A model generated the notes under the pieces. That model was given only the letters and a program-made list of their open reading frames with translations. It made no database searches and had not been told where the DNA came from. Source: a virus (taxonomy: Duplodnaviria; Caudoviricetes). Taken from it: a stretch of DNA of 40,483 bases. How positions within the stretch are numbered: the first letter of the stretch is position 1; each line of letters begins with the position of its first letter. The stretch lies in the IMG/VR virus record IMGVR_UViG_3300036796_000042, positions 1 to 40,483 of that record, one strand, 5' to 3'. Below are positions 26,298 through 36,788 of this stretch, piece after piece. The position numbers and the translations under genes are program-made.

Positions 26298-26778
26298 TTT
26301 TGATCAGCCCGAAGAGCTGGTGTTTAACCGCGCCAGATTGCGCCGCGCCTTTGTCAAAATCGGCCAGGTGCATATGCGTGATGCCCGCCGCCTGGTGATG
26401 AAGCGGGGGGCATCAAAGCCCGGCGAAAACCCTTCGTATCGTACCGGCAAGCTGGCTCGCTCAATCGGTTACTACGTACCCCGGGCGTCGAAACGGCGCG
26501 CTGGCCTGATGGTAAAGATTGCACCTAATCAGAAAAACGGCGAAGGCAATCGGCATATTAATGGCGCTTTTTACCCGGCATTCCTGTTCTACGGTGTGCG
26601 GCGTGGTGCAAAACGTAAAAAAGGGCATCACCGGGGCGCTTCGGGCGGTAGCGGTTGGCGTATTGCACCGCGTAACAACTACATGACTGAAGTTCTGGAA
26701 CGTCGCAGGAGCTGGACTCGCTACACGCTATCCCGTGAGCTGCGCAAATCGCTGCGACCGCAGAAAAGGAAAAAATAG
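26269..26778 (+). CDS. Neck / tail-completion protein (HK97 gp10-like)
   Basis: Basic protein with SKPGENP..RTGKLARSI and IAPR motifs. Confidence 0.75.
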   Translation: MAQKAFLHVDFDQPEELVFNRARLRRAFVKIGQVHMRDARRLVMKRGASKPGENPSYRTGKLARSIGYYVPRASKRRAGLMVKIAPNQKNGEGNRHINGAFYPAFLFYGVRRGAKRKKGHHRGASGGSGWRIAPRNNYMTEVLERRRSWTRYTLSRELRKSLRPQKRKK

Positions 26779-27338
26779 TGAAACTTATCCCCATCGTGGC
26801 CGCGCTGCGCGCCCGCTGCTCACGTTTTGAAAACCGTGTGGGCGGAGCGGCGCAGTTCAAGGCGATCCCTGAGTCGGGAAAAATGAAGCTGCCCGCAGCC
26901 TATGTCGTGCCTTCTGAAGACGTTACGGGCGAGCAACAGTCGCAAACAGATTACTGGCAGGAAGTTACTGAGGGTTTCTCTGTAATCGTTGTGCTGAGTA
27001 ATGAGCGGGATGAAACGGGGCAGTGGGCATCCTATGACGCTGTTCATGATGTCCGGGCAGAAATCTGGAAGGCGCTGCTGGGCTGGGAGCCAGATCCGGA
27101 ATCTTATGAAATCCGTTATGCCGGTGGCACGCTGCTGGACCTCAACCGTTACGAACTTTATTACCAGTTTGATTTTACGGTCCGGTTCGACATCGGCGAA
27201 GCCGATACACGCCAGCAGGACGATCTGGACGCGTTGAAAGAACTGAAAACCATCAGTATTGATGTTGATTTCATCGAACCCGGAAACGGCCCTGACGGCA
27301 TTATCGAACACCACACAGAAATCCAATTCACTGAGTAA
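26778..27338 (+). CDS. Tail terminator-like protein
   Basis: LPAAYVVP and ALLGWEP; position before the sheath. Confidence 0.7.
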   Translation: MKLIPIVAALRARCSRFENRVGGAAQFKAIPESGKMKLPAAYVVPSEDVTGEQQSQTDYWQEVTEGFSVIVVLSNERDETGQWASYDAVHDVRAEIWKALLGWEPDPESYEIRYAGGTLLDLNRYELYYQFDFTVRFDIGEADTRQQDDLDALKELKTISIDVDFIEPGNGPDGIIEHHTEIQFTE

Positions 27339-27341
27339 ATC

Positions 27342-27536
27342 ATGTTTCTGAAACCCGTAAAAGGGCGGTCTGTTCCTGACCCCGCCCGGGGCGACCTGTT
27401 ACCCGAAAATGGCCGGAACGTTGAACCGTCGGCGTACTGGTACCGCCGTATTGCTGAAAAAGACGTAACTGAACCTAACCCTCCAGAACATAAGGACGGA
27501 AAAAATGGCCGTAAGCTTCAACACCATTCCCGCTAA
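27342..27536 (+). CDS. DUF2635-like small tail protein (Mu gp38-like)
   Basis: GRSVPDP..G.LLP..G..V...YWYRR. Confidence 0.8.
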   Translation: MFLKPVKGRSVPDPARGDLLPENGRNVEPSAYWYRRIAEKDVTEPNPPEHKDGKNGRKLQHHSR

Positions 27537-29019
27537 TAACCCGGTACCGCTTTTTTATGCCGAGATGGATAACAGCGCCGCCAATACCACACAAACCAGC
27601 GCACCTTCATTGCTGATTGGCATGGCCCTGCCAGATGCGGAAATTCCGCTAAACCAGCTGGTCATTATGCCATCTGCTGATATGGCGAAAAAACTGGCCG
27701 GACGTGGCAGCCAGCTGGCGCGCATGGTTGCCGCATACCGCCAGGTTGATCCGTTCGGTGAACTGTGGGTGATTGCAGTCACTGACGACGGTGAGGCTGC
27801 CAGCGGCACGCTGACCGTAAGCGGTACCGCAACTGATGCAGGCTCTGTAAATCTGTACATCGGCACGACCCGCGTACAAATCACAGTGGCAACAAACGAC
27901 ACCGGGTTGCAGGTGGCGCAGTCGCTGATGGCCGCCATCAATAAGAATGCAGACTTGCCTGTTACGGCTGAATATGTCCCCACTTCCGGCGGCGACAGCC
28001 AGGGAACAATCACACTCACCGCAGTCAACGGTGGCACGGTGCTGAACAACCTGCCTCTGACTCTGAATTACTACGGTACGGCCAGCGGTGAAACCGTTCC
28101 GGCAGGGCTGAGTGTTCAACTGGGAAAAATGACCGGCGGTGCGGGCGATCCTGATTTAACGCAGGCGGTTGCAGCAATGGGTGATGAACCCTTTGACTAT
28201 ATCGGCCTGCCTTTCAGTGATTCCGCCTCGCTTCAGGTGATGGCGCTGGAGATGAACGACAGTTCCGGTCGCTGGAGCTACATTCGCCAGCTGTACGGGC
28301 ATGTGTATACGGCGAAAACGGGGGCGCTTTCCGATCTTGTTAGCTTCGGTGACACGCTTAATTATCAGCACATCACCGTAGCCGGTTATGAAGCTGAAAT
28401 TCAGACGCCGGTTGATGAGCTGGTGGGTAACCGCCTGGCGCGTGATGCGGTGTTTTTGCGTATTGACCCGGCCCGTCCGACCCAGACCGGGGAGCTGACC
28501 GGGGCTTTACCAGCCCCGACGGGCAAGCGCTTCACTATCACCGAACAGAACTCCCTGCTGACGCACGGGATTGCCACGGCTTACACCGAAACGGGCGTGC
28601 TGCGCATTCAGCGCGACATCACTACCTACAAAACCAACGCGTACGGTGTTGCGGACAACAGTTACTACGATAGCGAGACGTTGCACACCAGCGCTTACGT
28701 TCTGCGTCGGCTGAAATCCGTTATTACCAGCAAATACGGGCGCCATAAGCTGGCGAACGACGGCACCCGATTTGGTCCAGGCCAGGCGATTGTGACCCCG
28801 GCGGTTATCCGCGGTGAGCTCAGTGCAATCTATCGCCAGCTCGAGCGTGAGGGTATTGTGGAAAACTTCGACCTTTTCCAGAAATACCTGATCGTCGAGC
28901 GCAACGCGAACGACCCGAACCGCCTGGATGTGCTGTTCCCGCCGGATTACATCAACCAGCTGCGTGTGTTTGCCGTGCTTAACCAGTTCCGACTTCAGTA
29001 CAACGAGGAGGCCGCGTAA
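27505..29019 (+). CDS. Tail sheath protein (Mu gpL-like)
   Basis: VPLFYAEMDNS, DPARPTQT and YGRHKLANDG. Confidence 0.93.
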   Translation: MAVSFNTIPANNPVPLFYAEMDNSAANTTQTSAPSLLIGMALPDAEIPLNQLVIMPSADMAKKLAGRGSQLARMVAAYRQVDPFGELWVIAVTDDGEAASGTLTVSGTATDAGSVNLYIGTTRVQITVATNDTGLQVAQSLMAAINKNADLPVTAEYVPTSGGDSQGTITLTAVNGGTVLNNLPLTLNYYGTASGETVPAGLSVQLGKMTGGAGDPDLTQAVAAMGDEPFDYIGLPFSDSASLQVMALEMNDSSGRWSYIRQLYGHVYTAKTGALSDLVSFGDTLNYQHITVAGYEAEIQTPVDELVGNRLARDAVFLRIDPARPTQTGELTGALPAPTGKRFTITEQNSLLTHGIATAYTETGVLRIQRDITTYKTNAYGVADNSYYDSETLHTSAYVLRRLKSVITSKYGRHKLANDGTRFGPGQAIVTPAVIRGELSAIYRQLEREGIVENFDLFQKYLIVERNANDPNRLDVLFPPDYINQLRVFAVLNQFRLQYNEEAA

Positions 29020-29375
29020 TGGCAAAGATTGCGGGTACAACCTATTTCAAAGCCGATGGCCAGCAGCTATCAATCACCGGCGGCATCGAGGTGCCGATGA
29101 ATACGCAGGTCCGGGACGATGTGATCGGCCTGGATGGCTCGGTGGATTACAAAGAGACGACACGGGCGCCGTATACGAAAGTGACGGCGAAAGTGCCGAA
29201 GGGATTTCCGATTGCAAAAATCACATCCTCGGATCAGATGACGCTCACCTCTGAGTTGGCAAACGGCCTGGTGTATGTGCTTTCAAATGCCTGGCTTCAC
29301 GGCGAGGCGAACTATAACCCCGAAGAGGGCACCGTCGATCTGGAATTCCACGGTGAAGAAGGATTTTTCCAATGA
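29019..29375 (+). CDS. Tail tube protein (Mu gpM-like)
   Basis: IAGT.YFK.DG and ELANG.VY.L; follows the sheath. Confidence 0.9.
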   Translation: MAKIAGTTYFKADGQQLSITGGIEVPMNTQVRDDVIGLDGSVDYKETTRAPYTKVTAKVPKGFPIAKITSSDQMTLTSELANGLVYVLSNAWLHGEANYNPEEGTVDLEFHGEEGFFQ

Positions 29376-29692
29376 AAGAGCTGACGCTTAAAAAGCCGAT
29401 CATGGCACATAACGAAAAGGTGCACGTCCTCGAGCTGCGCGAACCGACGTTTGATGAAGTGGAGCGCATTGGCTTTCCGTTTACGGTGAGTGGGGAGGGC
29501 GCAGTCAAGCCTGACAGTGCCGTTGCGCTGAAATACATCCCGCTGCTGGCGGGCATTCCTCGTTCGTCTGCGGCTGACCTGGCACTGATTGATGTTTTTA
29601 AAGCCTCGATGATGATCCTGAGTTTTTTTACCAGCTCGACGGCGGGAATCTCAGAAAGCGACTCTTCAACGTCGCCCATTACTGGCGATTAA
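29372..29692 (+). CDS. Tail assembly chaperone
   Basis: L.KPI and LELREPT; lies between tube and tape measure. Confidence 0.85.
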   Translation: MKELTLKKPIMAHNEKVHVLELREPTFDEVERIGFPFTVSGEGAVKPDSAVALKYIPLLAGIPRSSAADLALIDVFKASMMILSFFTSSTAGISESDSSTSPITGD

Positions 29693-29784
29693 ATCCCCTT
29701 GAGCTCCGGCGCGCCCCCGTCTCCGATTTCCTTGAACTGGAGGCGGAGGCTATCCGTATAAATGAGGAAATCAGGAATGGCTGA
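29623..29784 (+). CDS. -1 frameshift extension of tail chaperone (G-T / E+E' type)
   Basis: T7 slippery run at 29623-29629. The -1 frame is open to TGA 29784 (YQLDGGNLRKRLFNVAHYWRLNPLEL...), overlapping the tape measure start. Confidence 0.75.
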   Translation, partial: FFYQLDGGNLRKRLFNVAHYWRLNPLELRRAPVSDFLELEAEAIRINEEIRNG

Positions 29785-31714
29785 CAGTTTTCAGTTAAAG
29801 GCCATTATCACCGCCGTTGACCAGCTCACCGGCCCGATGAAGGGTATGCAGCGGGAGTTAAAGGGATTCCAGAAGGAGATGGCCGGTCTGGCTCTGGGGG
29901 CTGCGGCTGCCGGTACCGCCATCCTCGGCGCGTTGGCTATGCCGATTGGATCGGCCATCACTTTCGAATCAAAAATGGCCGATATTCGCAAGGTGGTTGA
30001 CGGCCTGGATGACCGGCAGGCGTTTCAGGGAATGAGTGAAGACATCCTGGACCTGTCCACGCACCTCCCGATGGCAGCGGAAGGGATTGCAGAAATTGTT
30101 GCGGCCGGGGGACAGGCGGGTATTGCCCGCCAGGACCTCATGCAGTTTGCGAATGACGCCGTGAAAATGGGTGTCGCGTTTGACCAGACGGCAGAAGAGT
30201 CCGGGCAGATGATGGCGCAGTGGCGAACGGCGTTCAAACTGACACAAGATGATGTTGTTGTTCTGGCCGATAAAATTAACTACCTGGGCAATACGGGGCC
30301 TGCGAACGCGGCGAAAATATCAGAGATTGTGACGCGAATCGGTCCTCTGGGCAGCGTGGCCGGGGTGGCCTCTGGTGAAATTGCCGCGATGGGGGCGACC
30401 ATCGCCGGGATGGGCGTTGAGTCTGAAATTGCCTCCACGGGCATTAAAAACTTTATGCTATCGCTAACGGCGGGCAAATCTGCCACTTCCGCGCAGAAAA
30501 AGGCGCTCAGCTTCCTGAAAATTGATCCCGGGCAGCTGGCGGCAGATATGCAGAAGGATTCGAAAAGCGCGATCCTGAAGGTGCTGGATTCGCTGGCCAA
30601 AGTCCCGAAAGCAAAGCAGGCGGCGGTGATGAACTCCCTTTTCGGGAAAGAATCACTTTCGGCCATTGCGCCGTTACTGACCAATATGGATTTACTGCGA
30701 ACCAACTTTAACCGGGTTGCTGACGCGCAGGAATACGGCGGCTCGATGCAGAAGGAATATGCGAGTCGGGCCGCAACGACGGAGAACCAGTTAACCCTGC
30801 TCAAAAACAGCGTGAATGCGATCTCGGTGACCCTGGGCGATACTTTCCTGCCAGCGATTAACGACGCAGCAAAGGCGGTGATGCCCTATCTGGAACAGTT
30901 GCGGACATTCGTACGGGCTAACCCTGAGCTGGTCCAGTCCGTGGCTAAGTTTGGCGCGGCATTACTGGGCACCGGCGTTGCTATCGGTACGCTCTCCCGT
31001 GCGTTCAAAGTGCTTAACAGCGTAATGAATCTGTCTCCCGCCAAAGTCGCCATTGCGGCCCTGGCCGCGGGCGCGCTATTGATTATTGATAACTGGGATA
31101 CCGTCGGCCCGGTCATCAAAGAAGTCTGGCAGGAGGTGGACAACGTGGCGCAGGCGATGGGCGGTTGGGAAACGGTACTTGAGGGTGTTGGTCTGATCAT
31201 GGCCGGGGCCTTTACGCTCAAAACAATCGGAGCCCTTAAAGAGGCGCTGACGCTGGCCCGCGCGCTGTCCGGTGTATTGGGCTCCATCGGTAAAATGGGA
31301 GCCATGACAATCACAATAGGTATTGCCATATCCCTGCTTAAGCAGCTCCAGGACCTGGAAAAAGATTCACAGGAGGCCGGAACGAGCAAGGGGGAATTTC
31401 TCGTCAACAAAATGCAGGGTGGCGAAAGAGAGCGCGGCTATAACGGATTTCTTTCACGTCTGAATGAAATAACCGGCATGTACAAACCCTACCAGATCCC
31501 AGATGGGCGCTATCTGCCAAAAGTACCGATCAACCGGACATCGGCAGGGGGGCTTAACTCACCTGTCACCCCGCAGACACAGCGAAGCGAACTCAAAGTG
31601 ACGTTTGATAACGCCCCGCCGGGGATGCGTGTTGTTGATGTTCCAAAGGCAGGCAATCCGCTGATGACCATCAATCACGATGTGGGTTACTCCCCGTTCC
31701 GCACTAAACCCTAA
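29777..31714 (+). CDS. Tape measure protein
   Basis: Ala-rich helical protein with FESKMADIRKV and LFGKE motifs. Confidence 0.93.
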   Translation: MADSFQLKAIITAVDQLTGPMKGMQRELKGFQKEMAGLALGAAAAGTAILGALAMPIGSAITFESKMADIRKVVDGLDDRQAFQGMSEDILDLSTHLPMAAEGIAEIVAAGGQAGIARQDLMQFANDAVKMGVAFDQTAEESGQMMAQWRTAFKLTQDDVVVLADKINYLGNTGPANAAKISEIVTRIGPLGSVAGVASGEIAAMGATIAGMGVESEIASTGIKNFMLSLTAGKSATSAQKKALSFLKIDPGQLAADMQKDSKSAILKVLDSLAKVPKAKQAAVMNSLFGKESLSAIAPLLTNMDLLRTNFNRVADAQEYGGSMQKEYASRAATTENQLTLLKNSVNAISVTLGDTFLPAINDAAKAVMPYLEQLRTFVRANPELVQSVAKFGAALLGTGVAIGTLSRAFKVLNSVMNLSPAKVAIAALAAGALLIIDNWDTVGPVIKEVWQEVDNVAQAMGGWETVLEGVGLIMAGAFTLKTIGALKEALTLARALSGVLGSIGKMGAMTITIGIAISLLKQLQDLEKDSQEAGTSKGEFLVNKMQGGERERGYNGFLSRLNEITGMYKPYQIPDGRYLPKVPINRTSAGGLNSPVTPQTQRSELKVTFDNAPPGMRVVDVPKAGNPLMTINHDVGYSPFRTKP

Positions 31715-31752
31715 CCCGCCCTGCGGGTTTTCCATTCTTTCCAGGTGACGCT

Positions 31753-33108
31753 ATGGCTTTTTTCTCCAGCACGCCGGACTGGCGAGCGCGTCTGCGCGAT
31801 GCTTCTTTCCGTGGCGTGACTTTCTCTGTTGAAGATGATGAAGGCAGTTTTGGCCGCCGCGTACAGGTTCACGAATACCCCAACCGGGACAAGCCCTTTA
31901 CCGAGGATTTAGGGCGGGCGACGCGCCGGCTTTCCATCAATGCCTACCTGATTGGCGATGATTATGCCGATCAGCGCGACAGGCTGATTGTGGCTATTGA
32001 AACCGCAGGGCCGGGCACGCTGGTTCACCCCCAGTATGGGGAAATGCAGGGCAGTATTGACGGGCAGGTACGAGTAGCACACAGCAGCGCCGAGGGGCGT
32101 ATGTGCCGCGTCTCTTTTCCGTTTGTTGAGAGCGGGGAGCTGTCTTTTCCAACTGCCGGGATTGCCACGGCAAACCGACTGAATGAAACGGGCGGATTCT
32201 TTGATGAAGCGATCGACGGCATGTTTGAGGCTTTCTCACTCACGGGCATACCTGATTTTATTCAGAGCGATGTACTGGCTGACGCCGCCGACATGCTGGG
32301 CACGGTAGCAGATGCTTTTCAGATGGTTGACTCCGGGGTATCTGCGGCGATGCGGCTTTTGCAGGGTGATCTGTCAGTCATCCTGATGCCGCCGAACGCT
32401 GCTAATGATTTTGTTCGTGCTTTGCAAAAAGCCTGGCGCGCCGGTGATCGGCTCAGTGGTGACACATCAGATCTGGTGACGATGGTCAAAACCATGTCCG
32501 GCGTCACGCTCGATCCGGGCCTGGCCCCGCGGGGAAACTGGCCGACAGACTCCGGTTCTGTCTCCGCACAGAAATCGCGTAGCAATCTTGTTGCCTCAGC
32601 TATCAGAGCTACGGCTATCAGCACATCGGTGAATATCGTTACCGACCTGCCACAACCCCGGATGGCACCTTCTCAGTCACGTCAGGCGGGCACAATGTCC
32701 GCCGCCGCGGGTGCGCAGGCCGCTACTGATATAATTAATGTTCCTCATCCTGCGCTCGACAGCACGGTGCAGAACGTCCCGGCGAACCCGCCGCCAACGT
32801 GGGATGCGCTGACAGACATTCGCGGAGCCATCAATACTGCGATTGACCAGGAGCAACTGCGCATTACTGATGACGATCTTTTTCTACAAATAGCCGCCCT
32901 GCGTACGGATTTAAATCGCGATATTTCCGGGCGACTGGCACAGGCAGAGCGGACGGCAGAAAAAACGCCATCTGAAGTAATGCCCGCGCTTGTGCTCGCA
33001 GCCAACTGGTATGACGACGCGGGCCGCGAGTCAGACATTCTGGAACGCAATACTGTCCGCCATCCGGCATTTGTGCCCGTGATGCCGCTGAGGGTGCCGG
33101 TACGATGA
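31753..33108 (+). CDS. Mu gpN-like DNA circularization / tail protein
   Basis: ASFRGV.F, GRR..VHEYP, EDLGR and GTLVHP. Confidence 0.9.
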   Translation: MAFFSSTPDWRARLRDASFRGVTFSVEDDEGSFGRRVQVHEYPNRDKPFTEDLGRATRRLSINAYLIGDDYADQRDRLIVAIETAGPGTLVHPQYGEMQGSIDGQVRVAHSSAEGRMCRVSFPFVESGELSFPTAGIATANRLNETGGFFDEAIDGMFEAFSLTGIPDFIQSDVLADAADMLGTVADAFQMVDSGVSAAMRLLQGDLSVILMPPNAANDFVRALQKAWRAGDRLSGDTSDLVTMVKTMSGVTLDPGLAPRGNWPTDSGSVSAQKSRSNLVASAIRATAISTSVNIVTDLPQPRMAPSQSRQAGTMSAAAGAQAATDIINVPHPALDSTVQNVPANPPPTWDALTDIRGAINTAIDQEQLRITDDDLFLQIAALRTDLNRDISGRLAQAERTAEKTPSEVMPALVLAANWYDDAGRESDILERNTVRHPAFVPVMPLRVPVR

Positions 33109-34169
33109 ACAATATTGTTTTTTTACGCGTGAACGGGCGCGAGTGGGGCGGATGGACATCTGTGCGCATAAGCGCCGGTATTGACCGGGTAGCCCGTGAT
33201 TTCAATGTCACAATTACCCGACAGTGGCCCGGTCAGGCAGAAGGCTCCGCCCAGATTAAAAACGGGGACAAGGTTGAAGTGCTCATTGGCGACGATCTTG
33301 TTATTACCGGCTGGGTGGAAGCCACACCTGTTCGCTACGACGCGAACGCCATTACAACGGGCATAGTTGGGCGCAGCAAAACGGCTGACCTGATTGACTG
33401 CACCGCAGGCCCGGCACAGCACAGCGGCAAGAACCTTGTGCGAATTGCTGACGCACTGGCAAAACCTTTTGGCTTGTCTGTTATTGACGCCGGCGCGCCT
33501 GCTTCTGCGGTCATAGATGCGCAGCCCGAGCACGGGGAAACGGTGATTGAATGCCTAAATCGTCTGCTGGGGCAGGTGCAGGCGCTGGCCTACGACGATG
33601 AGCAGGGGAATCTGGTGCTCGGCACACCCGGCAGCGCAAAGGCAGCGACGGCGCTGGTGCTTGGCGAAAATATTCTGACCTGCGATACCGAGCGCAGCGT
33701 TCGTGAACGTTTTTCAGATTATCTCGTTACCGGCCAGCGACCCGGCACAGATGAGGATTTTGGAGAGGCAACGATTTCTGCTATTCGTCAGGCCACACGG
33801 GATGCAGGCGTGACGCGCTACCGTCCGATGACGGCCCAGCAATCCGGTACAGCGACCACGGACAGCTGCAAAGCGCGCTGCGAGTTTGAGGCCCGCCAGC
33901 GTGCAGCTAAAACGCTGGAAACGACTTACACAGTGCAGGGCTGGCGCCAGGGAAACGGGGAACTATGGAAACCGAACCAGCGTGTGATTGTATTCGATCC
34001 GCTGGTGGGTTTTGACAATGACGAGCTGGTGATTGCCGAAGTGACCTACAGCCAGGACGGCAACGGAACGATTACAGAGCTGCGTGTCGGCCCGGCAGAT
34101 GCTTATTTGCCTGAGCCCGCTACGCAGAAGTCGAAAAAGAAAAAGGCATCCGGAGGCGACGATTTCTGA
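33105..34169 (+). CDS. Baseplate hub (Mu gpP/gp44-like)
   Basis: GWTSVRI, GRSKTADLIDC and VQGWRQ..G.LW.PN. Confidence 0.9.
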   Translation: MNNIVFLRVNGREWGGWTSVRISAGIDRVARDFNVTITRQWPGQAEGSAQIKNGDKVEVLIGDDLVITGWVEATPVRYDANAITTGIVGRSKTADLIDCTAGPAQHSGKNLVRIADALAKPFGLSVIDAGAPASAVIDAQPEHGETVIECLNRLLGQVQALAYDDEQGNLVLGTPGSAKAATALVLGENILTCDTERSVRERFSDYLVTGQRPGTDEDFGEATISAIRQATRDAGVTRYRPMTAQQSGTATTDSCKARCEFEARQRAAKTLETTYTVQGWRQGNGELWKPNQRVIVFDPLVGFDNDELVIAEVTYSQDGNGTITELRVGPADAYLPEPATQKSKKKKASGGDDF

Positions 34170-34708
34170 TGGCAGCCAATATGAAAGCTCTTGCCAATAT
34201 CTTTGCCCGGGCGGTGCTCACATCAATGGATACCGGGAAAAAATGCCAGGCGGCAGGTCTTAAACTGATAGCCGGCGACCCGAAAGAAAATGTCGAGCAC
34301 CTGGAGCCATACGGCTTTACCTCAGCAGCGCAGAATGGCGCCGAGGCCGCCGTGCTGTTCTCTGGTGGGGACCGTTCGCACGGTGTAGTGATAATGGTTG
34401 CAGATCGTCGGTACCGCCTGAAGGGACTCAAGCGTGGAGAAGTTGCCATATATGACGACCAGGGCCAGTCAGTGACGCTGACGCGGGCCGGGATTGTGAT
34501 AAACGGTGGCGGTAAACCCATTACCGTTACCAACGCACCAAAAGCCCGTTTCGAAATGGATATTGAAGCCACCGGTCAGATTAAAGACCTCTGCGATGGT
34601 GCCGGGAAAACGATGGCCGCAATGCGAGCGACATACAACGGACATACTCACAAAGAAAACGGCGACGGCGGCGGAACGACGAACCCACCGGGCCAACCAA
34701 TGAGCTGA
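34169..34708 (+). CDS. Baseplate spike (Mu gp45-like)
   Basis: EPYGFTS, GGDRSHG, GEVAIYD and HTH iron-binding tip. Confidence 0.9.
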   Translation: MAANMKALANIFARAVLTSMDTGKKCQAAGLKLIAGDPKENVEHLEPYGFTSAAQNGAEAAVLFSGGDRSHGVVIMVADRRYRLKGLKRGEVAIYDDQGQSVTLTRAGIVINGGGKPITVTNAPKARFEMDIEATGQIKDLCDGAGKTMAAMRATYNGHTHKENGDGGGTTNPPGQPMS

Positions 34709-34712
34709 CACC

Positions 34713-35126
34713 ATGATCCTTTATGTTAACGGGCTCCTGAAGGAGTCCACGGACCCGCTCGACCTTTTAACGCGTGCCGTGGTTATTTCTCTGTTTTCCT
34801 GGCGCCGCGCTGAAAGCGATGACAACACAAAACAGCCGTATGGCTGGTGGGGTGACACCTGGCCCACGGTTCAGAATGATCGTACTGGCTCCCGCTTGTA
34901 TCTGCTCAAGCGAAGCAAACTCACGAACAAAACGCCGCAGGCCGCCAGGGAATACATTCAGCAGGCGCTGGCCTGGCTGACGGAAGACGGTGCCGCGGCG
35001 CGGATTGACGTGATGGCGGAGCGGACAGGCCTCGATACTCTCGCTGCTGGTATCACTGTCTGGCAGCAGAACGGCAGCCAGCACAACATAACTTTTGATG
35101 ATATATGGAGCGAACTTGATGGCTGA
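34713..35126 (+). CDS. Baseplate protein (Mu gp46-like)
   Basis: AVVISLF, GWWGD and GSRLYLL.R.K. Confidence 0.9.
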   Translation: MILYVNGLLKESTDPLDLLTRAVVISLFSWRRAESDDNTKQPYGWWGDTWPTVQNDRTGSRLYLLKRSKLTNKTPQAAREYIQQALAWLTEDGAAARIDVMAERTGLDTLAAGITVWQQNGSQHNITFDDIWSELDG

Positions 35127-36201
35127 CAGTCAATTTACACGACCTGAGCTGCCGCAGCTGATCGCCACTATTCGCAGCGATTTGCTGACCCGATTTGAAC
35201 AGGATGTGCTGCTCAGGCGCATGGATGCAGAAGTGTATGCCCGTGTGCAGGCCGCCGCCGTGCATACGCTTTATGGGTACATCGATTATCTGGCCCGTAA
35301 CATGCTGCCCGACCTGTGTGATGAGGACTGGCTGTACAGGCATGCACGAATCAAACGCTGCCCGCGTAAAGATGCAGTGGCCGCAACGGGCTTTGTGCGC
35401 TGGGACGGGCTGGGCGGTACACCTACTTTGCCCGCCGGGACACAGATACAGCGTGATGACCAGGTAACATTCACTACGACGGAAACAGTTAAAGCGGCAG
35501 GCGGCGTTTTACGTGTGCCGGTGACAGCTGACGAACCTGGTGCGGCAGGTAATACAGATGATGGGATTGCGTTGCGCCTCGGCACGCCGGTGAGCGGCAT
35601 TCCCTCCACGGGTTATGCCGATACGGTAACGGATGGCGCAGACACTGAAGATTTGGAAGTCTGGCGCGCCCGCGTCATGGAGCGGTATTACTACATTCCT
35701 CAGGGTGGAGCCGATCCGGATTACATCATCTGGGCAAAAGAAATCGCCGGGATAACTCGCGCCTGGACGTTAAGACACTATCAGGGCGTTGGAACGGTCG
35801 GCGTGATGGTGGCAACTGGCGACCCGGAAAACCCTGCGCCTGATGATGAGCTGGTGCAGCGCGTACGTGAACACATTCTGCCGTTGGCCCCGGTCGCAGG
35901 CGGTGGCCTGTTTGTCTTTGCGGCGACAGAAAAGGTAATTCCTATGACTATCGCACTGGCGAAAGACACGGAAGAAATCAGAGCGTCAGTGACTGCTGAG
36001 CTGAATACGCTGATGCTCAGGGACGGGGCGCCATCCGCGAAAATTTATGTCTCGCGTATCAGCGAAGCAATTAGTCTGTCGGCCGGAGAAGTGGCGCACA
36101 AAATAACGGTGCCTGCTGCGGATATTACACTGGGGCCGACTGAACTACCGGTTCTTGGCACTATCACCTGGGCCACTTACGACGTAAGCGGAGGAGCCTG
36201 A
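35119..36201 (+). CDS. Baseplate J / Mu gp47-like wedge protein
   Basis: GAAGN, DGADTE, PQGG..DY..WA and GTVGV. Confidence 0.92.
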   Translation: MADSQFTRPELPQLIATIRSDLLTRFEQDVLLRRMDAEVYARVQAAAVHTLYGYIDYLARNMLPDLCDEDWLYRHARIKRCPRKDAVAATGFVRWDGLGGTPTLPAGTQIQRDDQVTFTTTETVKAAGGVLRVPVTADEPGAAGNTDDGIALRLGTPVSGIPSTGYADTVTDGADTEDLEVWRARVMERYYYIPQGGADPDYIIWAKEIAGITRAWTLRHYQGVGTVGVMVATGDPENPAPDDELVQRVREHILPLAPVAGGGLFVFAATEKVIPMTIALAKDTEEIRASVTAELNTLMLRDGAPSAKIYVSRISEAISLSAGEVAHKITVPAADITLGPTELPVLGTITWATYDVSGGA

Positions 36202-36788
36202 TGGCATCTGAAGACGAATACACCCGGTTACTTCACCAGTTACTACCGCCGGGCCCTGCGTGGGAAGGAGATAACCCATTACTTGAAGGGCTTGCCCCCT
36301 CTCTGGCGCGAGTCCAGCAGCGTGCGGACGCGCTGATGACAGAAATTGACCCGGCAAAGACAACAGAACTGATTGATCGTTATGAACTCCTGTATGGGCT
36401 GCCGGACTCATGCGCGCCAGCTGGCTTTCAGACCTTACGGCAGCGGCAGCAGCGGCTGGACGCTAAAGCCAATGTGATGGGCGGCATAAACGAGCGATTT
36501 TACCGCGAGCAGCTCGATGCACTCGGCTATAGCACGGCCACTATCGAACAATTCCAGAATCTCAGCGGCTCACCCGATCCCGAGTGGGGGGACAACTGGC
36601 GCTATTACTGGCGGGTGAATATCCCTGCGGATGCCAATGTTAGCTGGCAGACCTGTATGAGTGCCTGCAATTCTGCGATCAGAACGTGGGGCGACACGGT
36701 AGCAGAATGCGTTATCGATAAACTTTGCCCCTCTCACACCGTAGTCGTTTTTGCTTATCCGGAAGGAACAGAAAATGCATCGAATTGA
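36201..36788 (+). CDS. YmfQ / Mu gp48-like baseplate protein
   Basis: [13 protein letters not shown] and LCPSHT. Confidence 0.9.
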   Translation: MASEDEYTRLLHQLLPPGPAWEGDNPLLEGLAPSLARVQQRADALMTEIDPAKTTELIDRYELLYGLPDSCAPAGFQTLRQRQQRLDAKANVMGGINERFYREQLDALGYSTATIEQFQNLSGSPDPEWGDNWRYYWRVNIPADANVSWQTCMSACNSAIRTWGDTVAECVIDKLCPSHTVVVFAYPEGTENASN

